DNA of 63,991 bases, filler included, from Piptocephalis cylindrospora (lineage: Eukaryota): the NCBI GenBank assembly GCA_003614145.1. It is 6 parts of 6 records of this genome, joined end to end, with 100 filler letters (N's around TTAATTAATTAA, not from the genome) between each part and the next. Parts side by side here need not be neighbours in the genome. Positions count along the whole stretch, not along the records: positions 21,623 to 32,298 come from KZ988024.1; positions 32,399 to 43,062 come from KZ988025.1; 4 more parts are not named here. The stretch is one strand, 5' to 3'. The notes beneath the pieces are model-generated. The model worked only from the letters and a program-made list of their open reading frames with translations. It was not told where the DNA came from and ran no database searches. Of the stretch, positions 22,665 through 39,800 are shown piece by piece (the stretch's first letter is position 1; each line of letters starts with the position of its first letter). The position numbers and the translations under genes are program-made.

Positions 22665-25600
22665 TTAGAGCTTCCGATATGCCGAAACACTGCCTCCATA
22701 TCCCGTCCCAACGGTTTTGTGCCGGCGACCCCGGGATTCCCGGGATCGTCCACTGATGGTGGAGGCCCCAGGGGATAATGGCCTTGACAGACGCTCTCTA
22801 CTGCTTGGAGGCCCAGTGATCTGGGCTCCGGAACCTCCGGTGTACTTGAGGGCCCGAACCCGGCCCCAATCTCCAGCCAGTCTCCTCAGCCGCATCACGG
22901 CCATGACCATGAGGATGACTGCACGAAGAGTCGGGGCAGGGGATAGGATCCTTCGGGATCCATCTCCTCCGCCCTCAAGGGAAGAGGTGGTAGGGGCCAT
23001 CTCGGAGATCATCCTCAGGGTCCCGGTCTCCCCCATTTCCAAGCCCCCGATCATGAGAAGGAAATATCGTTTTTGGAAGCCTAAATCCGCTCGGAACCCA
23101 GCTTCCCGTCGAGCTTTGGCCCTCTGGTATCTCACTTCTTGCACTAGGGCCCGCTCTCGTTCTTTGTCCCGAGCTTGTCGCTGGCCCTGTTGCTCCCGCA
23201 GCCACCCTACCTCACTTTCCAGATCCTGAATTACGCCCTGAAGCCCCTCCTTCTCCTCCATGAGCTGTTGCTGTCTTCGCCGATCTGCCTTGGATCCACC
23301 CAAGGACCCAAGGGAGGCATCTGACCCTCGCATCTCCAAGTGTCTAGAGGAATTCGGAGAGGAAGGACCAGGGGACGTGGCCATCCCTAGCATCTCTGAA
23401 ACCCAACTTTCGGCCCGAAGGAGGTACTGGGAGGTAACGCGCAGCCAGATCTCCCCAACTATCATCCATTCTGGGTCCCCTGCCGTCTCCTCACCTTCCC
23501 TGGATACTTGAGCCCTTTCCTGCTCTACGAGAGAAACATACGTCTCCATTACCTCCTGTACTTCCTCCCCAAAATTTCGGACCCCATCGATCATCCTTTG
23601 CGCAATGTCCAGGGTCATCCGTCCATCTCGAATCAGGGCCCCATCCTTGACTCCGACCATCTCGTCCGGTCCTCCGCCCGCCAAAAGACTACTGATGGAC
23701 CGACGGCTCATGTTACTACGATACGTCGAGGGAGAGGCCTTGACGGGGGCATTGACCTGGGAGATGGCGGTGGCAGCCATATCGCATAGTTCATCCAGGC
23801 AACCCAGCGTCTCAGCATTTTGTCGAAGTAAGGTGTGCATGTCCTCAGTGAAGAGGAGACTCCCATCGGTCAAGCTGGGTCGTTCCCCCAGAAGCCCTGA
23901 GACGGAGATACGTCGGGAAATTCGGTGGTGGTGGTGTGGATGAGCCAAAGAGGTAGAGGAAGTGTTGGACCCGTCTCTCCTTCGGTATTCACCCATTTCT
24001 CTCTCCTTTCGCACTAATTCCTCCCGCATCACCCCGGCCATTTCTTCGGCTACGCGCAAGGCTGCCTCTCGCTCCCGAAGCTGCTCTTCCATACGCGATA
24101 GCTGTCTTTTTTGCCGACCTGTCAAAAGCCTAGCCCTCTCCAGGGCCATAACCGCATCGTCCTTCTCTTCTCTAGCCTGGCCCAATTGCCTCGTCAGCCC
24201 CTCCCAATCCCCCTCGAGTGTACTACTTGCCTCATCCTCCATTCGAATGGCGGGCTTGACTGCAGAATACCCATTAATGGAGGCGTCATCCTCATCCTTA
24301 ACCTGATCCGTCTCCCCCCTAGTATTTGCGTCTCCCTCATCCTCCACGAGGTCCTTAAGCCAGTGACTACGAAGGGCATGATCCTCCTCTGCATTATCCT
24401 GATCCTCCTCACTTCTTTTTCCAAAGTCACCTCTTCTTTTGCCAAGGATAGCACGAGAGTCAAAGGATTCATCCTCCTCCTCCCCCTCCTCCTCCTCTTC
24501 GCCAAGCTCCTGCTCAGCAGATTGAAGTACATCCAACCACTCCCCCTCCAGATCCCCACCGTTAGCATCCACATGGGCAATCATTTGACCGAGAGCCGTT
24601 TGCAACCTTTGACCCAGGGCTCGATGGGACTTGCATCGCTTACCCACTCGAGTGTAAGCCTGGGCAAGCTCCTCCCACCGCCCATCTCCCTCAACAATAG
24701 CGGCATCCCTCTCCATCCTAGCCACTCTAACCTGATGTTCCATATCCTTTTCACGTTCTTTCCAATACTCCTCATCCCCCTCCTCCTGGGTGTCTCTCCT
24801 ACTCTCCTCCTCTTCCTCATCCCTGATCTCTTCCCCAGCCCTCTTCTCTCTTTCTGCTTCTTGCTCCAGGACTACACGTTCAAAGGACACGGCGCGCCGA
24901 TGCTTCCCCGGACTATGTCTCTTTTTCGGCTCTTGGGTAGGGATAGGCGCTGGGCGCTGGCTTAGGCGATCCTCAAGATCCCGGATTTCCTCCTCTCTTT
25001 CCTCTAGGGTCAGATAAAGATCCCGCAATTGAGCGGACAATGCGGCGCCTTCCTCCTCTAGCTTGGAGCGAAGTTCCCGTTCCTGTTCAGCTTCTTTTTG
25101 AGCTCGGGCCCTCTCCTGATCGGCAGCTTCCCGGATGGATTGAATCTGCATTCTCCATTTCTCCAAGTTTCCTACGTATGGACTGGAGGAGGAAAGGATG
25201 GACGAAGAATTGGTCTCGTCCAGACCCTTGTCCTCCACCTCGAGCCTAGGAGAAGCTGGGGTTGCCCCAAGAACAGGGGAGGTAGCAGAGGCTCTTGATG
25301 CCTGGGAGGGGCCTCGGTATACGGAAAAGTGAGGGGATTTGCGAGTTGGTGTCCCTCTACCCCCACCATTCCGTCCTAAGGGCTCCGCGCAACGCGTCAG
25401 CTTTTGAGAAAGGATAATGGTCCTTTCGGTTAGCATACGCTTCTCTCTCTCCAGGGTGCGGATCTTCCTAATTAGCTCATGCTCATCCTGCTCATTCAGC
25501 TCCGACCCTTCGGTCAACACTAGACCCTTGCCATCGGCCATAGACTTTGATGTATCCGTGTCGGTAGGATCTAGATGAATTTGGATTTGCCAATCCTCCT

Positions 25601-27308
25601 CCGTTTCATCTTCCTTTTTGGTCGTGGATTCCGAATCTTTATCCTGAGGAGGAGGATGTAGGGGGGAGGATTCAGGCTGAGTAGGCTCAGTTACGATCTA
25701 TCATGTACATGGTACCAGAGAAGGATACATCAGTGGTGTATAGGTCCCATAGGATAGGGAGCTGGAGAGAGAAATGGATGATCCCATTTGTCCCATTCAT
25801 TGTGACCAGGTCGGACCTCATCCACTTACCTGATGCTGTTTCTCTATTGTGCCTCCTTCGGCCATTTCAATTCCAGGCTTGATTGCGTTAGCTTTGGCTA
25901 TTTCTGCTTCGTATAAATCCGTCAGCTCTCGATATCGCTCCTTCCACTCTTGCTCTAGCTCTTCAGAAGCCAGGACACTTTCGCGGAGATCGGTTACCTC
26001 CCGCTCCAAGTCCTGGATACGGCGCTCGGCTGTGCCTGTGCCTGTGGACTTTGCTGACGCCTGTGCATCATTTCGGACAATGTCAGTAAGACGGTTGACC
26101 TCCGCACGGAGAGTGGTTGTTTCCTTTTGCGCACGGATCATCCGACCCTCTGTCTCCTCTAGGGCCCTCTCTACAGCATCTCGCTCTTGTCGTAGCTCTC
26201 GCGCCTCCTCATCTTTTCGCTCGTCTTCATCTTCACCACCAAGCAAGGCATCCTCCAGCTCTTGGATCCTTCCTTTGAGGTCCTCCATACTCGGGCCATC
26301 CTGCTCAGCCCTGACCTGATTAACCCGAGTCTCAGCCTCCACAAGGCTCTCTTGAAGCTCCTCAATCCTAGCCTGCAGATCGGCATGTTGGGCTTCGGTC
26401 TCCTCTGCCTTTCCGCATAATTCTTGACAAGTAGCATTAGCCTCCTTGGCTCTCTTCTCCCACATCTCCGCCATCTCTCCGACCTCCCGAGCTGATTCGG
26501 ATAGCAAGGCCATGTCCTTGTCCAGCCTGGCAACCTCTTTGGCGTGCTCCCCTTGCACTCTCTGTAATTGAGCATCTTTTTCCTGTAAGCGGGTCTCGGC
26601 GGCCTGAAGGGCATCCTTGAGTTCAGCCACCCGGGCTATAGTCTCGTGTAGCTCCGAGTCCATGGAGGAGGAATTGGATGATCCTAAGAGGATCGATGAG
26701 GGCTCGTGTGGATGGCCTACCCGACGATCAACCTTACTCGAGGATTGGAGAGTATGGCGGCAAAATTGTCGCAGTTCCTCTTCTGATGCCGTTTCCGGAT
26801 TAAAAGTAGCGCCTTCTCTGGGATGAGATAGAGCACGGTCATTCGGAGGGGAAGTGGAGGAGCGATGCCGGGAGCGGGACCGAAGGAGGAATCCATTGCT
26901 TGATGGGTCATCCCTCGATATACCCCCCACATCCACCGTAGAGATCAGGTGATCATGAGTGAAGCCAAGACTGGTGGGGGAGGAAAGAGGCCTAGAGGGA
27001 CTATCTCCCTCCGGAGGAGGATGAGAGGAAGGAATCTCCATGGAGTAACGATGTGGTTGGTTTGAAGAGGAGGAGGCCAAGGTAGCGAGGATGGAAGAAG
27101 GGGATCCGGGTTTATCCTCATCATCCGATGTAGGGGACAGGGGGCGGGATTGACGACGGGTTGTGTGCTCCTCAGAGGGGGACTGGGCCCTTGGGGACTG
27201 AGACTCTCTAGCAGGGGAGCCCGAGGTAGATCTGCGGAAGAGTTGGCCTATTGAGATACGGCCAGAGGATCTTTTACTCGGGGAATCCCTCGAGGGACTA
27301 GGTGACAT
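22665..27308 (-). CDS. Long coiled-coil protein with C-terminal PACT domain (pericentrin/Pcp1/Spc110-like)
   Basis: 496-aa and 958-aa ORFs joined in frame by intron 25698-25829. PACT-like YQRAKARREAGFRADLGFQKRYFLLMIGG...TLRAVILMVMAVMRLRRLAGDW; extensive heptad E/R/K/L content. Confidence 0.85.
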
Positions 27309-28245
27309 ATGAGGGTGACAATTGTATGAGCGAGGATTTTGAAAGAAAGCTCAGGGAGGGAGGAGAAGAAGGCGAATTATGGAGAGATAAAGCAGTGAGT
27401 AAACGGAGAAGAGGAGCAGGGGGGAGGAGGAATGGGTCAGGAAGATGGTGCGGAGGAGGAGAATGGAGTGCGGAGTGGCAATGCCACATCCTCTTAAAAC
27501 CCAAGTGATCCTCGCCCCACTTTATCCCATACCTCCGTGTGGAAAGGCCAGTCTGCATCCTGCGCCCATACTAGTGTAGTAGTAGTGGTGAGTGACGAGG
27601 AGATATTTCTGTGTCTGGGCGGAGGAAGAGGAGCGCCTCATTCAAGTGATGAGCAAACCTCACTATATGGCGAAGTCAGTGTACAAAGCGAGCGCGCGCG
27701 CATGAGTTGTGTGAGGACAGAGTGAGAATCCAGGGTAGGCTAGGCCTGGCCAAAGGCTCAAAATGGCGGAGAAGGCACGGCCATTCACCATCCATACCAT
27801 TTAAAGATTCGCTTGACTGTAGCAGATATCAAGACTGACCATGGCGTGTAGGATTTATCGTAGGAGCAGAAATACTATTCAGAATCTCTCATCCAAAAGG
27901 CATCTCGGGAGGGGTGTTAGGATGATCGGATCTTGGGAGGTAGACAGTTTGACAGGTGGTCCAAATGTGGTCTATTGGTGCTGTCATAGCTTTTTTGTGA
28001 ATCCCACCTAGTGAAAATTAAAGATCCTTCAGTTTATCCTTCTATTGATAAATAAAGACAATAGATATCGGATCAGTGAGTGTCGGGTGATTAAACTGGG
28101 TTGCACATTCCAGTGTTAACAATGTATAAGAAAATGAAAAGGCGACCTTATCACAGAGTCGTCCCACAGCCCCTCAAACACCCATCCGTCATCTTGGACC
28201 TTCAAGGAACGATACTTGTTTTCCACTCCCCTCCCCCCTTGCCTG

Positions 28246-31383
<3,138 letters not shown>

Positions 31384-31536
31384 CGCGAGAAATGAATGTG
31401 GAGAAATATAAAAGTATGGTGCTGTGACATTGAAAGTTTCATTAATGCTTACTATCAGATTATCATATTGTTGTTATGATTAGCGATTAGATAGTTAATC
31501 AATCTGATGTACCCCCCTTTTCATTCCATCTCTCCC

Positions 31537-32298
31537 TCAGGATGAAGCGTATCCCAGATACCAGCCAATCAGGGCCTCCAAGGTCTCTAAACCCTCATGG
31601 ATTGCCAACATCTCGCATCGCCGCATCCAGGCCATCCATTGCCTCGGGGATCGCACAGGCTGGAAAGTCCCACCACATTCGCATACCTTCCCCAGATTTC
31701 CTGCCTTGACAAGACGGCACGAGCCGGTGCACCGAAGATCTTGAGCTTGCCAGGACCGCACCCGCTCCTCCACCTGTCGAATCAGTCCATCCTCAATATC
31801 CGACCTCCCCACGGGATCTCCACATCGACCGCACTCCCATGGAAGGAGGGCCGGGGAAAGTCCAAGTCTCTGCATTTCCTCACCCCCAACGACTCCTTCT
31901 ACACTAAGCATTAGGGGTACATCTTGCACCAAATAGCATTGTCGACATCCCCATTGCGGTAGAACGAGGTTGGGATCTATCACCCTTCCTCCTGTCTCGC
32001 CCACCTTCCTCCCGTCATATCCACGCATGGCCCCATCTGAAAAGGATGGTATGTGCAAGAGGGAAAGGAGGCTAGTTCGCATCCTCCGCACCACTACCTC
32101 CGCCCCAGGAACCAAGCCGAGGAGGGCACACATCCCCCGAACATGGTGCAACGCCACCTCCTTACCCGTTCGATAAGGTGAAGTGGAGGGAATAGCCCAT
32201 TCCCCTTCTGCTTCCATCCCTGCCATTTCTAGGGCCAGCGTAGTATCCGAGAGCATCTTCCTCGTCACTTCTTTCCCGATAAAATCGCCCACCTTTCC
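31537..32298 (-). CDS. POL2: DNA polymerase epsilon catalytic subunit, C-terminal Cys-motif region (partial)
   Basis: CysA CRQC..WECGRC followed by IEDGLI..WQAQDLRCTGSCRLVKAGNLGKVCECGGTF (CysB); truncated by contig end. Confidence 0.85.
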   Translation of the reverse strand, partial: GKVGDFIGKEVTRKMLSDTTLALEMAGMEAEGEWAIPSTSPYRTGKEVALHHVRGMCALLGLVPGAEVVVRRMRTSLLSLLHIPSFSDGAMRGYDGRKVGETGGRVIDPNLVLPQWGCRQCYLVQDVPLMLSVEGVVGGEEMQRLGLSPALLPWECGRCGDPVGRSDIEDGLIRQVEERVRSWQAQDLRCTGSCRLVKAGNLGKVCECGGTFQPVRSPRQWMAWMRRCEMLAIHEGLETLEALIGWYLGYASS

Positions 32299-32398
32299 NN
32301 NNNNNNNNNNNNNNNNNNNNNNNNNNNNNNNNNNNNNNNNNNTTAATTAATTAANNNNNNNNNNNNNNNNNNNNNNNNNNNNNNNNNNNNNNNNNNNN
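32299..32398. other. Artificial 100-bp contig spacer
   Basis: N44-TTAATTAATTAA-N44. Confidence 0.97.
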
Positions 32399-32991
32399 CC
32401 CCCAGATACGCAACCCTGCATCCTCCCCTTCCCTCTCATTTGGTGCTTGGGATGATTATGCGTCCAGGGTAACGGGAGGGGGTTCAAGGGGGGGGGGGGG
32501 GGGGGGGGGGTGGTGGTTTTTAAAAGGGCCTTTCCCCCTGCGGCCCCACCCCCCCCAAAAAGAATTCTTTTCTGCTTTTCCCAACACCACCCCCCCCCCC
32601 CGCGCCTACACCCGCTAACTACCTCCTCAGTGTGTTTGTGTGGGGAAAAAGAAGGGGAGAGCCAAAAAGAGAGGGGGGGGGGGGGGGAAGAGAAGATGTG
32701 TATGTTCCTTTGATTAAGCTGGCCAGATTGTGCTCACAGAGATCAAGGGCAAAGATCGGCGTGTCTCAAGTTCCACTATCCGCATCAGCATGCGTATCTT
32801 CTAGGGCGCGTGTTTTCATATGAATCATCCCCCGTCTTTCGTATAAAAGGATATGTCAACAAAGCCAACAACTCCGTCCCTCCCTCCTTTCTCTTTTCAT
32901 CCCTAGTCATCATTCCCCCTCTCCTTTGCTCATTGCCACCTGTGTCCCTCCTTGCTTCTTTGCCCTCGCCTTGTCGACTACTCCTCTTCTC

Positions 32992-35900
32992 ATGACCTCC
33001 TCGGTCCCTGCTCATCCGGAGATGCCAATTCTCATTAGCCTCAGGGCAAAGGGAAAGCATCGGGGTAAATCGGCTCACTCGCTTCGACCAGGCCAGCAGA
33101 TCCTTGGAAGTGATGCCTCTCAGGTGGATGTTACATTGGATTACCCTTCCATTGCCTGTCGGCACATTGAATTACGTAAGTCCTTATGAAGAGTGAATCT
33201 TACTTTTCCTACCTTTTCTCCTTCTCAGCCTTCCTATTTGTCCTCATCAGGGCTGGAAAATGGATTGTGCTTTGTCTCACAGCTCCCGGGTACTCCTACC
33301 GTCACTATTACTCCAGAAAGACACACCTCCAATGACGATTTCCCATACTACTTTGGCCCCGTTGGCCCCTTTAACCTACGCCCAAATGTCTACTATCAGA
33401 TCCTCCCTAGCCAATCCTTACAACTAGGCGAAGTTTCCTTTTCCTTTCATCTTACCTTACCCTCCTCCTCCTCCTCCTCCTCCTCCTCCTCCTCTCAACT
33501 GTATTATACGATGGTAAGTGGAGCTATATTGGATCATTAGATGGTCGTAATATTATCTCATTCCCCTGATCCTTGAATCATTCTCACTTCACCATTTGTC
33601 ATCTATCTAGGACCGACCTTATAAGGAACCTCTCGCCTCCACCTCTCTTCCTATCCAATTTTCCCCTACATCCGACCTATCGGCTCCCCCCCCACAGATG
33701 TTCTCCTTACGGCTAAGGCCAGAGCAAGCCTTTCAAAGTCAACCTCTCGATCTCATGGACATCCCCACTCAGCCTTATAATTGGTCCAGTGACTCTTCTG
33801 AACGAACACCTCCCCTCCCAATGGACTCTTCCCCATCCCCACCCAAAGGTCCAGAGGCATGGGCTGGAGGCAAGGACGGGGATGTATTGGATGGTTCAAT
33901 GAGGAAAAGACCCCGACAGACCGACTCCTCAGATCAAGATGGGTCTCACTCCATTCACCCTCCTCCTCCTCCTCCTCCTCCTCCTCTGCCACGACCAACT
34001 GATCCATCCACCTCTCATTCCTCCAATGTTCATATACCGCAGATCATCGCACGATACATAAAAGGTGAAGTGGATAGCCAGGAGTCTCTCGTTGCGACCC
34101 AACCTGTCGAAGCTTCCTCTCAACTCAGTCAAGGAGGAGGGGTGGAGTTAGAAGGAGAATTGTATCCTCCTAGTCTTTCTCCCCCCCTTTACTCTTTCCA
34201 TGAAGTTGACTCCAGATGTTCCCTTGGATGACTCCCCTCCCTCACAGATTTCTGAGGTCTCCGATTCCTCTCAGAACTCCCAATGTCCTCAAGATGTAAT
34301 TTCCGCTCCTATCAAGTCACCTTATCTAAACAGGTCCTCTTCCTCCTCTTCCTCTACCGGTACTACCTCTCCTCATCATTCGCCCTCTCTTCCTGCTCGG
34401 AAAGGTCAGTAGTGGGGGGCCAGGGCGACTGAGATGAAGAAAGCGGCGTGTTTGCCCATTCCATATCCTGATCTTATCAATACATATAGTTATGGACAAG
34501 GACACATGTGCTCCCAACCATAGTCTTCCCTTATTTAAGAAGAAGCTAGAAGAAGGTTCTTCCTCTTCAAAGACTCTACCCCTTCGGCCCACCGTGATAG
34601 CCTCTGCTCATTCCGGAGGCATGATTCGTCCTCGAAGGCTGGGTCTTGGTAGGCCATCCAAGAGGGCTACCCCGCACCCTCCCATCAAATCCGTATCCGA
34701 CCTTTCTGGCTTTAAAGCTCCTATTCTCCATGAAAGGAGTATTTCTCCACGCACTCCCAATTCCCAAGATGTGGTCCACGAGGGAGGGGGATCTTCCATT
34801 ACTCAGTATAATGAAAAGACCCTATCCTGTCCACCCGAGATGGAAGATCCCAAGGATGATGAGGAGAAGGACGAAGCCATGGGGGGGGATAAGGGAGAGA
34901 CGAAGGCTATAGAGGAGGATAAGGAAGAAAAGAGGGATATAGAGGAGGATAAGGCGGAGGATAAGGCGGAGGATAAGGCGGAGGATAAGGCGGAGGATAA
35001 GGCTATAGAGGATGAGGCTATAGAGGATGAGGTTATAGAGGATGAAAAGTGTGGAAAAGCGATTGTGAAGGACGAAAAAGAAGGTGACATGGGTGTAAAG
35101 GACGAAAAGGAGGAAACCAAAACCAGGAAGGAGAGGCAAAGGGGGACAGATAAATTACGTCAGAATGTCTCGGTGGAAGTGTCCCTTTCTATTCCGACCT
35201 CGGACGATGATGATCAAATCCGATTGATCCAATTGTCCCCATCGAGAAAGATTAGACAGCGATCTACCTCAAAGGACTTGGACAAAGGGATAAGAGGAGA
35301 GCCTTCTGGGGTAGTAAAACGGCTGAAACGGCCTACTGAAAATACTTTTTCTCCTCCTCCTGACTCGATTGACCAGGAAGTGAAAGTGGAAGAAGGGTTT
35401 GAGTACGAGAACATCTCGGCCAGTCTCACGTCCAGGTAAGAAATCCGTTACTTGTGACCGCTACTCTACATTCAAAGGGTCAATCTAATCCTCCCCAACC
35501 TTCATCAAGACGAATCGTCTCCCGGACGGACAAAGTGTCGCGAAAAAGGCCCAAAAGAGGAGCTAATCCTGAGGTTGATCCTGAGGCCTTTCCATCCTCT
35601 CAGGTCTCGGTCATGTTTACACGATGTAATCCTTTAAAGACCAAGTATTTATCTGTAAGTTCCATCCTTTTCCCTATCTCTCCTCGTCACTCCTTAATCA
35701 TCTTTCTCCCTTCCTGATGATGTAGATGATTAAAAAATTTGGGGGAAAAGAAGTCAAGAAATTGGAACATTGTACCATCCTCATATCAGCCCGAGTGGTT
35801 CGAACCATGAAATTCCTCTACGTACTTGCCCGTGGTCGATGCATCGTCGGGGCTTCCTGGTTAGAAGCCTGCCAAGCCCGGGGGTATTTTATTGGTCAGT

Positions 35901-36443
35901 CTTTCCCACTTCTCAACTTATTGACCCTTCCGTTCATGGTATCCCCTCTGTTCCTTCGCCACAGATCCTGAAAAGTACATCCTCCAGGGTCGGGTGACGG
36001 ACAGGAACATACGGGGTGGGGTCACCCTAGAGGAGTCCCTGAGCCTGCATCGGTCTTTGGCGAGTGCTCCGTCTCATCAAGGCATCTTTTCCTCCCATGC
36101 CTTTTACCTATCCCCTGAGGCTCAGAAGGAGGCTGACTTACGAGATGTCATCATGGCTGGGTGTGGGCAGATCCTCGGGAAAGTGGAGGGGAGGACAGGG
36201 AGGTCGAGTCGGTCCAGACGAGTAGTGGCTTCTGACTCACCCATTGACACTAATAATATCTCTGATCGGACTGTGTGTGCCATCGTAGAGGATTGGGAGG
36301 GATCCGAGGAGATTGACCAATGGATCCCCACTTCGGGTCCATCCCCCACCTGGGTTCTTACCAAGGAGTTCCTCACTATGGCCATTCTCAGGCATGAATT
36401 GGAGCCTGCTAGGTTCGTACTACTTGGAAGGAAGACGGATTGA
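32992..36443 (+). CDS. FHA + tandem BRCT DNA-damage mediator (MDC1/Mdb1-like), multi-exon, one apparent frameshift
   Basis: N-terminal FHA-like LRPGQQILGSDASQVDVTLDYPSIACRHIEL; long S/P/E-rich middle with SQ/TQ sites; C-terminal BRCT pair VMFT..IKKFGG..CTILISARVVRTMKFL..GRCIVGASWLEAC..GIFSSHAFYLSP..EFLTMAILRHEL. Frameshift at C7 34181-34187. Confidence 0.75.
34945..35046 (+). repeat. Coding minisatellite: 12-bp GAGGATAAGGCG x5 (EDKA), then 15-bp ATAGAGGATGAGGYT x~3 (IEDEA)
   Basis: Read directly within the MDC1-like gene. Confidence 0.9.
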
Positions 36444-36832
36444 ATGAAGGGATAGGATGAACTAATCAATTGATCCATTTTAGATATGTTGCTGGAGAGG
36501 CCAAAGGTCTACATCCTTCCCATGGGGCAGACAGCACCCGGTCTCGAACCTCCTCCCTCCTCTCCACCGCCACCTCCTCTCGAGCTTCTTCCCTTGCCCC
36601 CGTCGGATCTTTGGATGAGGAGGAGTGGGACTGAGACTTTCATGAAGATAGACCATTGTTATTGTAGTGATGCAATATATACTTTTCAACCATTCCCATT
36701 AACAAACAGGACTATCAGGCAGCCAGTTGTAAGATATCAGGCAAAGAACAAGAAAGCAGATAGATATATCTCGACCAACATCATCCCCCCTCCTTCCTCC
36801 TCACTAAAGCTCCCCCTCTCCGGTAGGATACC

Positions 36833-39800
36833 TCAGTCATTATTGACGACAGCTAGACGTCTCTTGGGGATGGTCATCACCATGACATCTCGACCATTGT
36901 ACTCTTCCTCGAGCCGTCGTTGTCTCTCTTCCTCCCCTTCCTCATCAGATTCCTCCAGTTGACCGCTTTCTGGGTAGTGCGTGGATTGATGTCGTTTCTC
37001 ATCCCCTGATCCCTCCATATCCGTCCTTCCACTTTCACGGAAGGCCCCATCGGAAGGCGCCCGATAATGTCCGTTCCCTTCAGCCTCACCGGGCCCGGAG
37101 GTGATGGAGGGGTGGTGCCGGTGACGAGACGAAGCATATCCAATGGACGTGTCTTCACTCCGTCTTCCACCCATACTGGCGGGAAGTTGGATGGAGAAGG
37201 GGGAGGTGGGTGTATCTCTGTATCGGGAGTCCCTACCAGTGCCAGGTCTCACGCCCCCACCACCTCCTTCCTTAGACATGGGACCAAGGGAAGGAGAAAG
37301 ACCTGCATGCAAAGGATCTTGTTGACGCAATACCTTTTCCTGAAGCTTACGTCGTTCAATCGCCCTTATCCAATCCTTGTTCCGACCGCCGAACCATCGA
37401 CCAAGGATCAGAGAGGTGATACTCTTCCTCGGGGAGCCAAACCAGGCCAAGAGAAGCCACAGAGCGTAGACAAAGATGATGACACCAAGGTAGGCTCCGG
37501 GAAGTCCAGATCCTCCGGGATATTCAGTAAAGGCGGTGATCAGAACGTAGATGTGAAGAGCCCATAGGACCAGGTGAGATAGAGAATGATGGATCTGTTC
37601 GATGACCCGAACTCCAAGAGAGCCTCTTTCCCGCTTTTCCCGTTCCAGGACTTCTGTAGGAACTCCAGGTCTACCCGGGATTCCTGGACCTATAGCTCCA
37701 TCATAATAGTTAGGATTGGGTCCATAAGGATCATAATGATCCCGGGACGGATCATATCCATAGGCCTCATTGAACCCAGGGACATCACCGATAACTGGGT
37801 AGCCATAATAATCGGCCCAATACCCACGGCTACACCGACCGGTGAGCATGGAGAGGACGGAAAAGGATTCAACGGTCTGGGAGGCACTCCTGTTCCCCGA
37901 GGGGTAGGGGTTGCTCCGGTAGTTCGAGGTGCCTGGGGTTGGGTCTCGAGAACCAGCTCCTTGACCAGGGCGATTCAGGACCTCAAAACCGCCCTCGGAC
38001 CCCTCATCGCTCTCGGCAGTACCAAAGGTCTCTACAGAACTTCGTCTTCGCGCCTTCCGGGCCGCGTCACCATCTTTATCCCGTCTCAATCCATTCTGGA
38101 CCCATCGAACTGTCTGGGCCAGGATGAGGAGAAGGGGAGAGAGAAGCCAGGACATGGCCAGAAGGATGACCCCACCAATAGAGTGAGCCACACGAATGTG
38201 ATGCCCATAAACGCCTGAGGCAGCCTGGTCCCCCCCGAGCATGTTATAGGCAATGAGGAAACCGTGAATGAGGAGGCCGAGGGAGGCGGCGAGGAGTAAG
38301 GTGTATGGGACACCCCAGCCGACGTGCCACCACCAGGGAGCGCTGCGAACGGGCCTGCCATATCGAGCAAAGGTCACGGCCAGAGGGAGGAGAAGGGCAC
38401 CGATAGTCATGTACAGACCGTGCTGAGAAACATCGTCGGGGATGACAGCACAGGGTAGGGGAACGGTAATAACCTCCTGGCCCGAGGCCAAGTCCAGAAT
38501 GGTGGATTGGTTCCCAGCGGTTGCAGGGGACAGGCGGGGGAAGAAAGCCTCGGATCCTAAGGTCCCTGACATGGGTTGGTTGAACATACGAAGGATCCAT
38601 AAATCGTTCATGGCGGACCCAGTGGTAGGGTCCAATCCTCCGAAGAGAAAAAGGTCTTTGGCGTCAACTTGAGCGGTGAAAGTCGTAGGTGCAGATGCCG
38701 GGAGCATCCTGGCTCCTACCCGTAAGGCGGGGGACTCTCCGGTGACCGGGTCCCCTGCGGGCTGAACAGGGAACCAAGTTCCGGCATCAGTATCTAGGAG
38801 ACTGAGAGAGCCCCGAGGACCCGCACCAACCCGAGGAAGGCCCTGACCCCCAAAGAGAACGGCTAGATTCCGGTAGGTCTCCTGAGTATTGGGATCGAAA
38901 TCACGGGTGGATCGGGAGAGTAAGGCACCCGTCAGGGGAGCCACGCACTTTGTCCCTGTGGTCTGCCAGGCAGGTTCGCCTCGGGTAGCTACCTGAGGCT
39001 GATTTCCCGGGAAGGACAGGACTCCCCCGGAGCTTAGGGGGGCATTGGGTTAAGGAAGCCCCAGAGCACCCACCGTAGTAGGCAATTCGAGAGTTACTTA
39101 GGATGGTGGATGCGCTACCCGTGAGACCTATTATAGGAATAAGGGGTGAGATGGGATATGGTGGAAAGTTCATTGGATTGATGGCAAAGGAGAAAAGCCT
39201 TACCAGAAGGCTGAGTGGAACCCTTGGCTAGAGCAATCTGGGCCCAAGCCCCATTAAAGGTGTTGGTCACATAGTTTCCCGAGAGGGTGAGAACCCAGGC
39301 GGATTGGGAGGCGGAGACAGAGGAGCCTCCCTGACGATCCCCTCCCGCCACCACAAAAGATTGTAAGGGCTCGGCACCATTGCCGGTGTCTATCCCTCCT
39401 GCAGCACCATAGAGAGGACCAGGCCCAGTGCCATTGACGGGGATTTTAATCCAGACCTGGTGATTCAGGTCAAAAGACCATACGTCCTCCAGATAACTTC
39501 CACCAAGGCCCATACCAAGGGCAACGACCATGGAGTCCCTACTCTGGTCCTTGGGCTGATCCATGCCTGCCACAGCACCATACCGTGCAGGGGGCCTAGA
39601 GTCCATGGCTGAAGCCGGCCTTGTCCAGGTCATGTGAAGGATGTCGAGGACCCAGGTATCGTCGAGGGCCTGACCCGAGGCGGATTTTCCGCCAAACAGG
39701 TAGAGGAAACGTCGACGCCAATCATACCCCATGGCAAACTCGGATCGGGGAGGCGGGCGTAAGGCATCGGATGGGAGGAAATTATCGTACTTTATCCATT

